Positions 31,453 to 45,756 of a stretch of DNA of 64,000 nucleotides are shown piece by piece. The translations under genes and the position numbers were made by a program. Location of the stretch: NCBI GenBank assembly GCA_964016885.1, contig OZ024753.1, forward strand, positions 31,744,001 through 31,808,000, read 5' to 3'. A model generated the notes under the pieces. That model saw only the letters and a program-made list of their open reading frames with translations. It was not told where the DNA came from and did not search any database. The DNA is from Eledone cirrhosa (taxonomy: Eukaryota). Every line of letters starts with the position of its first letter. Position 1 is the first letter of the stretch.

Positions 31453-34162
31453 TATATATATATATATATACGTAAATAAGACTGTTATTGATCCAACACA
31501 TATATATATATGTATATACATCCTACATTATACATTATGTATTCGTGTATATATATAGAGAGAGATAGATAGATATACATACACACACGTGTCTTGAAGC
31601 AGATGTATTTCAAACGACATCAGTATCTTCTAGACGTGAAACGAAAGGGATAAATAAATTATATCACTTTTAAACATAAAAGCGGCACAACTATTTTGAT
31701 TTAATTTGTTTAACCACTTATTCACATTTCAACTATAATACGATAGAAAACCCTACAACAATCACTATAGAAAAACAATACAGCTTCTATAAACAACATT
31801 TCACTCATGGAATGGAATGTTATTACCCGTTCAGAACGAAACATTGGAAAGACGTGCGACTCGCTGTCTATAAAATCTCCATAAAGATTTCAGTTCTTAT
31901 GTACATTTTTCTTGCTTCTGTTCAGTTCTTCTGTAGCTGAGCTGTAAATTCTATTCTAATCCATGCTATTTAATTGTTCTGTTGTTGAATAAACACGTTT
32001 AGATCTTCCTTCATACGCACTCACACATCCACATACGCGCGCACACACACACACACATACATACACATCGATAATATATATGTGTGTGTATATGTATGAA
32101 TAAATGTGTATAAGTATGTGTATATATATGTATATATGTCTGTCTGTGTGTGTGTGTGTGTGTGATTGTGTTGAGAGAAATAAATAGCTCGTTAAATATA
32201 GCAAGAATATTTCTTAGTGTACATTTCTAGCAAATTGACCAATAAAAATAATGAATCAATTCAAGTTTAATACAATAATATGATAATATATAACAAATGG
32301 TCTGTTCTTGCTCTCTCTCTCTCTCTCTTTCTCACTTCTCCTGACTTCTTCTATATCACATTATCTCTTGAAGAAATCGGCTTTGTTCAGACATTGACAG
32401 GGATGAGTTCCGTCAGGTTTAAAGCGCCGTTTGTGATTACGATACATATATGATTCAGACAGGCTTTACTGCTCGATACATATTTAACTAGAGGGCATGG
32501 GTACGGTGACGCCGTTCTCAACATCCAAAAGAGAGATCAATTGGAGAAAGTTACTGGTATTATACATGTTAGTAGTAGTCTTATAGTGTAGAACTTAATA
32601 TATCTCAAACATTCGATATATATATATAAACCACTGCAATAAACAGCCGAAAGTCCCAAACTTTGAATATGGTCTTTTTGTACCAGAATTTTACAATGAA
32701 AGGGTCTTTATTTTCAGAAATTAGCAATAGAAAGTCCTTTGCAAGAAGAAATATAGTCGTTATCTTGTTGTGGTGTTTATTTATATAATTATTGTGTGAA
32801 GTAAAAGTGCGACTTAATGTTTAAAGCGCTTGGTTCATGATCGTAACGTTGTGAAGTCGATTTCTGGACCGTGCAATGCGTTGTAAGTAAACATACGAAC
32901 AGTGGTGGAAATGATGGGTACGAAGGTTACGGTGTTGCCTTACTTTTCAGTTTATAGCATCTAAACTTCTCCATCTAAACCTTAGAAAGTCGAGTGACTA
33001 CATAGAGTATGTCACACATTGTTTGCCAGTAGTTCATCTCATTGCTGATAAAATTTAACATTACTGACCTCGCTTATTAATGAAGCTTCCGGCAACCGCC
33101 ACCTCTCTCTTTCTCTCGGTGCTTTTGGAATTCTCCCCTCTTACTAGATTCCATCATACGTTTGAAACCAGATATCTGTTTGAAAATTCGATTCTCACAA
33201 TTCTATTTGATTAAAAACCAAGATAAATCGCCATATTACTACCAAATATGAAACATAGCTATAATTAAAAAATGCAACTCTCGGCAAGAATAAAATCCAA
33301 CTAATTCAAATTGAATTAAGTTAAAATAAATAAATTTATCAATAAATAAATAATGTTTAGTGTAAAATATAATTCTCAACACACACATTGATCTCCATCT
33401 TTATCAGTGTCTTAAGCCTGCGAGCGTCAGGCGTGGTGTTTGGCGCCAGAACACAAAACATGACGAAGATATCGAAATCTGATAGATGAGCAAAAAGGCA
33501 GTTGAAGAGAAAAAAAAACATTCTACATTATGTTTCACCACGTGGCATCTATCTTGAAGTAAAAATTCTCAATTGAGAGGGGGTGGGTAACAAAAATATT
33601 ATATTTTTTTTTTCCTTGAAAGAATATTTTTTTGTTGTTGTTTAGAAAAGAATAACGGCAAAAGTTACGATAAATATTTCAATAGCCTTAGAGGATGAGT
33701 ATGAATGGAGACCTGAAAAAATCTAAATCTGAGACATATTAGAATTGTTTTGTATCATAAAATAATAGCTGTCAATATTTCAAAATGAATTAGCTGCTAG
33801 TCAAAACAGAAGAGGATTTGAAATGGTAAACAAGCAACTCTTTAGAACTGAATAACTAACTTTATCGAAATTTATATCTGTAAATCCATATATACGTACT
33901 TTCAGCGTAGTTGGTCAATGTATTAGATATAGCAGCCATATTTCGTTGAAATCATTATTCTAGCGTAACGGTTACCATCCTGCATCCGCAAACCCTGTAG
34001 GCAGATATTTCTAAATGTCTGGGGACCCAATGAAAGTTCATTTAAATAAACGACACCTTGGTATATATATAAGTTATAATATAGATGAGATTCAACCCGG
34101 AATAACGTATATATATATATACATAATATATAAGATCAAAAGATGGTTAAAAGAGTTCCATG

Positions 34163-34233
34163 TATTTTATTATGCGCATTTCAAAAACAAATATCATCAT
34201 GCAATAACATTTGTGTTTTCATCAGATAAAATA
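34163..34233 (-). ncRNA. Minimal type-I hammerhead ribozyme (family D, inverted arm)
   Basis: Exact reverse complement of 34357-34427. Confidence 0.85.
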
Positions 34234-34356
34234 GGAAGACATGATATGAAGGTTAAAAAACACTTGTGGATAGTGCAGTTTTAAATCAACATATCATATG
34301 TTGATTTAAAACTGCACTATCCACAAGTGTTTTTTAACCTTCATATCATGTCTTCC

Positions 34357-34427
34357 TATTTTATCTGATGAAAACACAAATGTTATTGCATGATGATATT
34401 TGTTTTTGAAATGCGCATAATAAAATA
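34357..34427 (+). ncRNA. Minimal type-I hammerhead ribozyme (family D)
   Basis: Stem I TATTTTAT/ATAAAATA; CTGATGA 34365-34371; stem II with caaatgttatt-gcat-gatgatatttg; GAAA 34408-34411; palindromic stem III TGCGCA; TA site (AUA triplet). Confidence 0.85.
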
Positions 34428-34552
34428 CATGGAACTCTTTTAACCATTTTTTGATCTTATATATTATGTATACTCCAGTCCTACAGAACTGTAGAGTGCT
34501 TCTTATCCGATATCTGCATTGCTTTATTGTACTACAATAAAACTCACCTCCT

Positions 34553-34599
<47 letters not shown>

Positions 34600-34626
34600 C
34601 GTGTGTCTGTCTATTTGTTTGGAGGG

Positions 34627-34689
<63 letters not shown>

Positions 34690-36307
34690 ATTTATCGATT
34701 TCTCTCTGGGTTTTGGTCGTTTGAACTTTGTATGTGTGTATATATATATATATATAGATATATGAGATACAGAGAGGTGGGGGGAGAATTCTAAGTATAT
34801 ACAATCAAGATTTTGTCAGATGTTTCTATGATGTACAATTTATTAGACTACTGTTAAGTAGTGGATGACATAAAAACAGATTATTTGATTGATATATTTA
34901 TGACAGAGTTAAATGTAAAATCACAGCAAAGTGTAAGCCATTATTAAAATAGAAAGAACAAAAAAAAATCCTATATATAATTTTATAGCTGATGTTCTTT
35001 ATAGTTTTAGTTATTATTTTTTTATGAAGAAAGAAAGTCTTTAATTCGCTAAGCGGTGGCTTGACCTGCTTGAGATAGCAGCTAAAGTCGCTCCCAAATC
35101 ACATCCTACTATATTTTACAAATGAAAGATAATTCATAAATGAAGGACATTGGATAAAGTGGGCCTTGATTTATTATATATTTTTAGCTAAATCTATGAA
35201 ATAGTAATACCTGGAACATGAAGGTTTTTTTTATCACAAGGCAGCTTGATTAGGAGAGACTAGCCTAGGGTTAAATAACAACAACGACAATAAAACAATA
35301 AGAACTAAACGACGCCAGTGAGGAATGAGTACTAGATAATTATCATCACCATTATAGGCAGAACCCTTAGTAAGTTGGTTTACATGCTTTGCAATATTCC
35401 TTTACGTTCTGGTTTCAAATCCCACCGAGGTCAAATTTACCTTTCATCCTTTTGAGGGTCAATAAATAAAGTAACAGTAATGTACTGGGTCGGTATAATC
35501 GATATATCTCTCCCCATTCAAAACATTTGCTGGTCTCGTGCCAAAATGAAAAAATTATTATCGTCATGATCATCGTCATCATTATTACTTTCATCATCAT
35601 CGATCAATGTTGTCAACATCATCTTGATCATCGCCGTCATCGTCATCATCCATGACATCATCCATGTCATCGTTGTCATCGCTATCAGCGCAATTCTTGG
35701 CAAGTGTGCGTTTAGAAAAAGAGGTCGTGACTTCTATGAAAGTAACCATAAAGTGGAATCTGAAGAACGGAGAAGTCGACAGCGAGGAAAGGAAGGTGAC
35801 AACACTTAAACCTGGCTCACACTCTAATACTTGTGTCTTCGTCGCCAGGGTTCGTGTTAGGTCAAAAATAGGCTTAGACAACCAGCCATTTTACATCACA
35901 TCGATAAATAATCCAATAAAATCAAAATCTCAACAACGAGATACCCTAGTGATGATGATTAACTGCATTTCATTATCTAAAAGCTGTAATAAAATCTACT
36001 TCATTTCTCCAGAGACATTTATATCCTAAATCTGCTGCCAGCCATTAACACTATTTTTATTAACAACATTTAATATCCTTAAAATGTATAATATAATGTT
36101 ACTTCATTTAATAATAGATATTTTCAGCTTAAATTAGGTCAGTTATTATTTTAGAATATGTAGAGTATTTTCTTATTTTTTTCTCCTAAGTCGTAACTGA
36201 CCAACTTCACATTTCAATATTTGCCATAGTCCTGTATTTCTCCTTTCAACTATACTGTGTTATTAAGAATTTTGCCCAAATTATAACTAATAAATCATTA
36301 TTATTTC

Positions 36308-36940
36308 GTGGATTGGCGGTATCGGTAGAGGGTCGGACGCCATGCTTTGCAGCAAAGAGTTACGGCCCTTGCCATTCTGAGTTCAAATCCCGCCGAGGTT
36401 AACTTTGCCTTTCATTCTTACGGGATCGATAAAATAAAGTACCAGTAAAACTCTCGGATAATTGCTGGCCTTGTGCCAAAAGTAGAACCAATTATTTCAA
36501 TATTTTCAGGGCATGGATTGGCAGAATCGTTAGAGCGTCGGACAAAATGCTTTACAGCATTTTATTACGGCGTTTTACGATCTGAGCTTAAATCCCACCG
36601 ATATGAGCTTTACCTTTCATCCTTATAGGGTCGATAAAATGAAGTAGCAGTAACGTACTTTTCCATCCACCAAAACATTTTTGGCCTTGTGTCTATATCA
36701 GAAACTATTATTTCAATGTTCCCTGAGCATGAATTGGCAGAATCGTTAGAGCGTCGGACAAATTGCTCAGCAGCATTTAGTTACGGAACCTTTACGTTTT
36801 GAGTTGAAATCACACCGAGGTTAGCTCTGTCTTTCGTCATGGAGTCGACATAAAAGAATCAGTCAAGTATTGGAGTCGATTTAATCGACTTCCCTCTCCA
36901 TGTTAGATGGCTTTCCTTGTGCTAAAAGCAGAAACAATTA
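36308..36940 (+). mobile_element. Three tandem SINE family 1 copies
   Basis: Heads at about 36308, 36512 and 36728, each ending in attatttcaat. Confidence 0.85.
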
Positions 36941-37124
36941 TTTCAATATCCTTCCACACACACATGCTTTACGCTAAAACTAAAGGTGAGATTATTTCTA
37001 TTGTCACATTAGTGGATAGTTGTTAATTGGTCAATATTAACAATTCTTAATTTTGTAATTAATTATGTGTAAAAATATTGCAATTAACAAGAAAGAATAG
37101 AAAGACGAAAATTAAAGTACAAGT

Positions 37125-37164
<40 letters not shown>

Positions 37165-40100
37165 GTGTGTTTGTGTGGTCTTTTACCAAACCAATAAAGA
37201 CTCAATTGTTGAAATACTAACTGTTGCTGTGTTCAATAATTGTTGGCCTATGGCGAACCAATGCTGTCAATATTTTATTCCTTCTCTATTTGTCTCGCTA
37301 AATACCAATTGATAATTCTATTAAAAAATATCAATCTATCCTGAACGTTCAAAAATCTCAACAGGCATTTAAGAGACCACCCTGTCAAAAGTACTTGAAC
37401 TTTGAATTTTAAACTTTAAACTTTAAAATTGGAAATTGCATTTTACCTGATTATATTCCGAACTAATCGATTATTCTCTGTTATTGAATAGTACCAACAC
37501 TTTAAAGAGACAAAGTTGTTCTTCACAAGACACAAAGTCAATTATCTTCTACATTGAATGAACGATTGCATATAAGTATTAAATGTCAACAGACAGACTC
37601 AGTAACCCTAGTTGACCGTAGTTTTGTAGAAGAACAATTGGTGTCTGATAAATACGTTATTGTTAAATCTCCCACCACCCACCACCACCCTGTATGGGTT
37701 TAGTTGGCATGCTACGGTGTAGCATCACATAGTTTTCCCGAGAGTTTTAATTATGGGGTCCTCAGTTCTATCAGGAAAACCCGGGACACTGTCCCGTTGT
37801 ATGATTTAGAACACCCTTCCCTACGGTTCTTGCTGGTACTCCTTTTTTCATATGAACGGACTGAGGCAACATGAAATGCAACATCTTATCAACGTCATAG
37901 ATTTGATTCCTTGACCTGTCTGTGCATTGTGACCTTGATCCTCGTTAAAACTTCTACCAGTCAGGACTGGCGTTATTGATTCAAGTAATTAATCCCCTCC
38001 CACTCGTTAATCTGTGGCCTTTGAACCAATGTCAAAGTCATTATGTAACAAAAAGTGAAAGGTGTAAAAGAGAAGAGTTATATATAATTATATATTATAT
38101 GTAAACAACTACACTAGAATCTGTTCAAATAACTCTTCTCTTTTACACCTTTCACTTTTTGCTCGATTATATAAAGTGGCGCACTGGGGTCTATTTAATC
38201 GACTTTCCCCTCTCTCAACATTGTTGGCATTGTGCCTATATAAGAAACAATTATGTAGCAAAAAGTGAAAGGTGTAAAAGAGAAGAGTTATTTGAATAAC
38301 AGATTCTAGTGTTTATGTATAATATTCTAATGTTCATATATAATATATAATTATATATAGTTAGAGAAGGAGGAGGTAGTGATAATGGTGGCAATCAACA
38401 GTAGACCAGCCGGAAGTACATCCCGCTGTCTTTATACACGTTGGACAATAATGAGATTCCAGTTTACAATACTGTACAGAAACGATTGAAGATTCAGTGT
38501 AGCTTTTGGCAAATCTGTAATATGGTGAGATGAATGCGCGCGCAAGCAGAGACACGCAAACATATACATACTTGCGTAAATTATCACACGTTATTGTGTG
38601 TGTATTTGTATTTCTGGCTGTGTTTTGTTTGTTTTGTTTGTATCTTAACCTTGTTTTACACTTTGCTTTATTTCACCTTTAACCCTTTCATTAACACATT
38701 TCTAATGAAAACCACTGACAATGATTTTAAAATAATTTTGAAAATAATCGTGAATTTAGACGGATTTAGTAATATAATTTTCACATTATTAACAAAGCTT
38801 CTTCCATAAAATTATGATGTGAGGGTTTTTATATGAACATAAATGCGTTAATATAAACAGCTTTATATCCTAAAACCATTGGCGATTTTAGTTGTTTAGG
38901 CAACAAAAGAGATGAGGTGGAGAGATGTCATTTTAATACCGGTTTTAATGAGAACCTATAATTTCAAACATGACATTTGTCAAGCAGATCGTAAACAATT
39001 TGTTTTGGTAGCGTTTGTTTTAGTTTGGGCTGTTTTTTTTTATTAATTTGTTACTGTTTATCGCTCTCCTTGTTATAACCTAAACTGACAACTCTATCCT
39101 ATATTCATAATAAATACTCGAGCGACCTTACACTTTCGCGCTATTGTCTTCATACCAAATAGTATTTTCAACATTACTTTAAATAACATCTTGAAAATAC
39201 AGTACAATAGAGAGAAAAAAACCTCTATTATCAATATACGTTGCATAATAATAGGCCTTTCATTTTAAACGACCGCCATTGAAAATGAATGGCAAAGAAC
39301 ATGAAATCTGGACAATATAATTAAAGAGTTGTATGTTGGAAAAGTAAGATTAATTAATTTTGCAAGCGTTGTTGTTTTTATTAATAATAATAATAATAAT
39401 AATAATAATTTACTGCTGTTCTTGCTGTTTTTGTTGTTGTTTTATGTCAAAAACAATAGTTTAGACTTAATGATATTTTTCAAAATAAATGAAAGAATGA
39501 AAAGCAACTATATATTTCTTTAATCATTTAGGAGAAAGATAATACGCAGTAATTGGAAGATATAGAGAAGTTACTCTATAAAGATACTCTATCAAATCTA
39601 TAAATATAGACTATTAAATACGTGTAAAGATATGCTATAAAAAATATATTATAATGATACTCAGTAATGATACGCTGTTACGCTGTATATAAAGACCTAT
39701 AAGATACGCTATAAAGATGTGCTGGAAAGACTATAATAAAGATGTGCTGGAAAGGCTATAATAAAGATATGTTCTACTGACAGGTTCGGGTCTTCTATTG
39801 AATCAATAAAATGGTTCATTGCTAAATATTTAATGCGTAAATGTCAAAATAGTGGTGAATGGTAGCCTTGAAATAGTACTTTATAAATTGTCTTCCAGTA
39901 TTCAGTTTTTCAGTCGTGAGTTCAAATCCTAACATAGTAGACTGCTTTTCGTTCCTAAAACGGTGTTTATGTTGTAATTATTGTGGTGCGTTATGTTTTT
40001 CAGTGTGGCATGCTCATTTCACGACACTTTTCATGACAGGATTCGGGCCGCTATCCTTAAAACAATGAGATCTCCTACGATGGAAAATTGTAGGAAACAA

Positions 40101-40203
40101 ACTTGATTTACATAGACGTGAGCTATATATTTCTGAGTTTGTTGTTTCTGTATCTTTGTTTCTGCTATCAACTTATTCCCGTATTTATCTTCTTTTATTT
40201 CAG

Positions 40204-40308
40204 ATTAAGGATGTCGTCAATGACCATATCGTACGTTTTGTGGGAGTCTGCCTCGACTTACCAAACCAATCTATTCTTACTGAATACTGCCCCAAAGGCA
40301 GTTTGCAA
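40204..40308 (+). CDS. Internal coding exon of a receptor (membrane) guanylyl cyclase, NPR/GC-A/B-like, kinase-homology domain
   Basis: Pyrimidine tract + cag acceptor (40201-40203), 105-nt phase-0 exon [35 protein letters not shown], gtaagt donor at 40309. Resembles the 35-aa MRDV..EHL.RFVGAC.D.PN.CI.TEYCP.GSLQ exon of natriuretic-peptide-receptor-type cyclases. Confidence 0.93.
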
Positions 40309-40622
40309 GTAAGTTGCATCTACTTACATTTTCTTTCTAATTTTCAATTTTTTATCTTTATTTTTAAAGTATTTCTTCATCAATGGAAAGCACCTTTCCG
40401 TTCCTTTATTATTTTACTGGTTTCCATCATTGAGACATTAGCCTGAACCTATTCATTCGATCAAATCCAAAGCCAGTACTTATATTTATTTTTCTGAAGT
40501 TCAGCATTTTAATTGATTTATTTTCATCGAACTGCTATGCTACGGAACATAATCAAACAGCAAACGTAAATATATATATATAGTCATATATGTGTGTGTA
40601 TGTTTGTATACATTATATATAC

Positions 40623-40663
<41 letters not shown>

Positions 40664-41658
40664 AGTATATACATATAGATGAGGGGCTCCGACAAATACA
40701 AGTTTGACTCGATAAGAGAATTAATAAAAGTCAATTATTCAGAGCATTAAAAAATGTATTTGGGAAACGTAAATAAGATAAAGAAATATTTACCTATTTA
40801 CTCAGTGAGTAAATAGGTAACTAAGAGCAGGATCGAAAACCACAAAGTACTCTATCCGAAGTTCTAACGGCTCTGCATATTCGCCGCCAGGATATACGTA
40901 TATAGTACTTCAAAACAATTCTATCTTTCCTCTTTTAACACAGACGGTTTGGAAGAACCAACCAATCAATCAATTAAACTTTGTTTTATTTTCTTTGGTT
41001 GCTTTGTAAATGATATAGAAGACTTACTGAAATTATTAGTTTCATTGCTAAGATAGTAACTTCACATATGGCTCTTAATCAAATTTATGTTGGAATATTT
41101 TAAATGAAATAGGAACGCTTTAAATTGGGTGGTTTTATCCCATAGAATCACAGCTGGATTATAGTCAGGCTGGTACCAAAATGGTTAAAGAAAACTGAAT
41201 TCATGCTAAGAAATATTTCTTTTAACATTCAATAAATCAAACTGTTTCATGTAGAACTAAGAAACATTTTTTTTGTTTTATCATACTATGGAAATTAAAC
41301 ATAAAATTCTATTTAGTAATAATTGTTATGTCCTCAGCAGTGTAACTTTTAAAATAGTAATCGTACACTGCAGCTGCCAAGCTTGTATTCTTTGCTGAAT
41401 CTATTGTAAGGTTTTATTATATTTCACAAGAACAATAAAGTAGGCGCTTAGTAGATGTTCATCTATTATTTTATTATTGTTTTCAGTCATTAGTCTGCGG
41501 TCATGCTGGGACATTACCTTCAATGGGTTTAGTCGATCATTCATTTATTTTCTTTTTCAAACCTGGTACATATTTGATCGAACTCTTTCTTTTATATTAC
41601 TGGCATAAACACAGACATGTACTCACACATATATATACTTACGCACACGCATTATATA

Positions 41659-42065
41659 TGGATTGGCAGTATCGGTAGAGGGTCAGACGCCATGCTTTCC
41701 AGCATAGTTACGTCCCTTTACGATCTGAGTTCAAATCCCGCCGAGGTTGACTTTGCCTTTCATCCTTACGGGGTCGATAAAATAAAGTACCAGTAATGCA
41801 CTGGATAATTGCTGGCCTTGTGCCTAAAGTAGAAACAATTATATATATATATATTATATATATATATATTATCCAAGGGCGGTGGATTGGCAGTATCGGT
41901 AGAGGGTCGGACGCCATGCTTTCCAGCATAGTTACGTCCCTTTACGATCTGAGTTCAAATCCCGCCGAGGTTGACTTTGCCTTTCATCCTTACGGGGTCG
42001 ATAAAATAAAGTACCAGTAATACACTGGGTAATTGCTGGCCTTGTGCCTAAAGTAGAAACAATTA
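41659..42065 (+). mobile_element. Two tandem, near-identical SINE family 1 copies
   Basis: 41659-41840 and 41877-42065. Confidence 0.9.
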
Positions 42066-43889
42066 TATATATATATATCACGGTTTCCGGCTACCGAATC
42101 TCACGCAAAAAGCATTGGACAACCAACCCGAGGCTATAGTAGAAGACACTTGCCCAAGGTGCCACGGAGTGACTAACCCCGAAACCACCTGGTTTCTAAA
42201 GGAACTCCTTCACCATATGGTCATGTGCGCATCTATATTCCATTGTGAGTGTTTTTCTCGTTGTTGAAATCAATAAACTTCGGTGAATTATTATTTAATC
42301 ATGCTGTTACTGTTTTGAGGGAGGTAGTTGCAGTTGCTACAAGTTTTTTATATTTTGTGAAGAAAATGATATTTTGGATAATCATGTCTTTCTTAGTCAA
42401 CAAGATTATGGGTTAGTTATATTATTATTTGTCTCTCTTAGCGATATGAGTTTTTATACCATTCTTTGTAGATGTTATCAACGTTGACTTGTCATGGCTT
42501 TCGTATTCGATAATACTAATGTGGGTTAATCATATGTCTTAGTTTCTATCCTTATCCTGTCAACTATTTTGTCTCTAAAAACGAATGAAGTTATGGAGAT
42601 AAAAAATAAGTTTAATGGATGACACTTTGAGTGGGAAGAGATAGATGACAAAAATAAACAGAGACAAAAACAAAGTGGAAAACTAGGTATTTTGAATATT
42701 TTAGTAATTGCATTTATGTGTGGTTTACAGTAATGTGATAAAATAACATAACAGGACGGCGAGATATCAAAATAATATCAAAACAGAATAACATGTTAGA
42801 CGTTTTGCTGCTGGTGTTGGAATAAATATGTGAATGAATGAAAGCGTTACGAAAGGTGGGAGAAAGAAAGAATGAATAATTTATAATTCTATTACCCCTT
42901 TACTTTACCCAACATTTTTAAAATTACAAATATTTTATTTCATGTTTCGTTAAAAAATAATAGAAATAATATTTTGAAAGATTACTAATAAATTTGGTTG
43001 AAAAATATGATTGCTATTTCCCCAACTCTCTAATGAGTGGTTTCTATGACGGGAAAAAAAATACATTATTTGCTGTGCTATTTTTTATATCGTTAATTAC
43101 TTGATTGTCATGATATTTTATGATAAATGGAGAAAACATGTTACTGTTAACCATAAAGCATTTCACTGCGAAATCGAAGGTCGCTACTACAAAGTTAATT
43201 TGCAATGAAATGTAAAAATGAAATTATAAATTTATTATACAAACAAAAATGATACTAATTCAGGGCAGCTTTTTTACAATCAAAGACTACTTTGCCGCTT
43301 TCAATATTTTTAGGTAGAAGCAAATAAAGGTTGTAAAAATACAAGATTAGATTTGCGTTATATAATTGTTTTTAGCGATGGCATAAGGCCAGCAAATTGT
43401 GAGGCGGGGAAAGTCGATTACATCAACATCAGTATGCGATTGGTACTTTATTTTATCGACCTCGGAATGATGAAAGGCAAAGTTGACCTCGGCAAAATTT
43501 CATCTCAGAACGCAGAAAATAGTAGCTAGATATCGCAAAGCCTTTTGTTTGACGCCGTAACGACTCTGTCAATCTAGTGTCTTGATTTTTACTGTATAAC
43601 ACCTTAACTAAGTTTATTATTTTGAAGGAATTTCGTGGGGAAACAAAACAAATGTAGCGTCAAGATGAGAAATGTAATGTAGCCATTTATTGTTAACTGA
43701 GTTTAGAATAGTTTACAAATCAGTGCAAAATTGGGACGTTGGTTAAAATGCAAATACAAGGTTCTTTACTGAAGAACGCAATTTATTTCCGCCCGCAATA
43801 TAGACCAATGATAGAACAATGATATTACCAATAGCACTACTAGTTAATCCCAGCCAAGGCAAAAACACATTATATATTGAACCTCAGCA

Positions 43890-43927
<38 letters not shown>

Positions 43928-44414
43928 GTGTGTGAGAGAGACAGTTAAAGATATCTATTATCTATTAGTTTAGAAAATGCTGATAAAATGCTGCTCTATA
44001 TTCAGCTACTAAAATACTCGATTGTTTGTCACCAAATTTTCCTCTACATCCAACCATAGAAACATTAATGGAGCTGAAGTTAAAGTTATAACTAATGTAT
44101 ATTGATTAAAACAAGTGAAAATAGACAAAACACTGTTTCAGAAGCTGAATATAATTAGACTGACAAAACATCCTATATTGCCACCATTTTGTTTTTCTAT
44201 CTTTTTACTAAACAATATTTGTATTTTATAGTGTTATTTATGATTACAAAATTATATGCTGGGAGTTTGAAACAATATATATATGTGTGTGTGTATTTAT
44301 GTGTATTATGTATGCGTGCATAATATATATATAAGCATGTGAACCTATATTTCTAAGTATATATATATATATATATATATATGCGTGTGTGTCTGTAATT
44401 ATATATATACATAC

Positions 44415-44482
<68 letters not shown>

Positions 44483-44791
44483 ATGCCTCCTGTTTATTTA
44501 CCACACTGAAGATTCTTCTCCACCAGGTTTCTTATTTTGATTTCCCCATTCTTTTCACGAATTAATCAAATCCCACTGACTTTATTAACTCGAAATTTTA
44601 TTTTGGTTTATTGTTTTTCTTCCTTTTGTTTTTGCTTTATACGTGTTCTACTCGTTTGTTTCTCTAGCAACTTTAATTACTGAAGGTACGTTTGCTAGCG
44701 TCGTTCTCCACTCCTCTCCCTCTATGTAACTGAAGGCGGATACCAGTCTAAAATTTAGAAGTCGAGCTAGGTATTCCATCGCTACTAAGAA

Positions 44792-45115
44792 AAGGCATAT
44801 AGCTTAGTGGTCAGAGTGTTGTGCTTACAATCGTGCAATTTTGAGTTCGAGTTCGATAAGGGGACGGTGTGTTCTGTCCTTGAGCAAGGCACTTTATTTC
44901 ATGTTGCTCCACCTTACTCAGTTGTAGAAATGAATTGCGACATTCACTGGTGCCAAGATGTATAACGTTTGCCTTTCTCTTAGACAATGCTGATGGCGTG
45001 GTGAGAAGAGACTGGTTTGTATGGGCGGCTGTTGCTCTTCCACAAACAACCTTGCACGGACTTGTACTTCGGTGAATGAACTTTCTAGATGCAAGTCATT
45101 CGTGACTAAAGGGTT
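44792..45115 (+). mobile_element. tRNA-derived SINE family 2
   Basis: tagcttagtgg A box, gagttcga B box, core ccttgagcaaggcactttatttcatgttgctcc; related minus-strand heads at about 3895-4035, 53760-53880 and 62195-62300. Confidence 0.75.
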
Positions 45116-45756
45116 TATTGACACTTTGCTGAGACAAAATACTTAGAATAAAGCCTATATGGTTTTTGTGTATGAAATTCATAGCAAGACTCTCGTATGT
45201 TTATTATACATAAACACTGGATTTCTGTCCACAGACTTTTAAGAAAGCGAACGTGTCATATTTCTAAGTATATATATGTAGTAAAAGACCGATAAATTAT
45301 ATATATATATATGATTTAATATATACACATATATATGTATTTCTGTATACTTAGATATATATACACGCACGCGCATACACACACACATATGTGTGTGTGT
45401 GCGTGTATACATTGGCACCTACTGTATTTGGTAAAACTTATTTGTATTTGAATCTCAGTCTCAACACAATTATCCACTTAACCAACATGACACTAGAATA
45501 TTGTTAGAGGGTGAAAACAGTTTGTTTATTGCAATTTTAGGCAAAATATCTAATGCGTATGTATATGTCTATATAACGTATACACATATGTGTGTATATA
45601 TTTGTATATACGTGAATATATTGTGTGTGTACATGTATGTGTGTGCTTATACATATGTACGTTTATGTGTATATTTCTATGTACGTGTTCCTTTATGTAC
45701 GTATAAATTTACGAGCGTATTCCTATACAAACGTGTGTGTCTGTGTTTGTAAGCGT

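Larger units (their letters stand above)
34118..34555 (+). mobile_element. Fold-back insert, family D copy 2 (355-bp palindrome + tail)
   Basis: Palindrome 34118-34472 centred on C34295, one mismatch seen; tail 34473-34555. Confidence 0.88.

Noticed and set aside
38380-38450. MVAIN as the upstream VAIK exon
   Set aside because: No pyrimidine-rich acceptor and no downstream similarity.
41659-42065. tRNA genes at SINE heads
   Set aside because: A/B boxes are present, but there is no cloverleaf or terminator and they continue into the SINE body.
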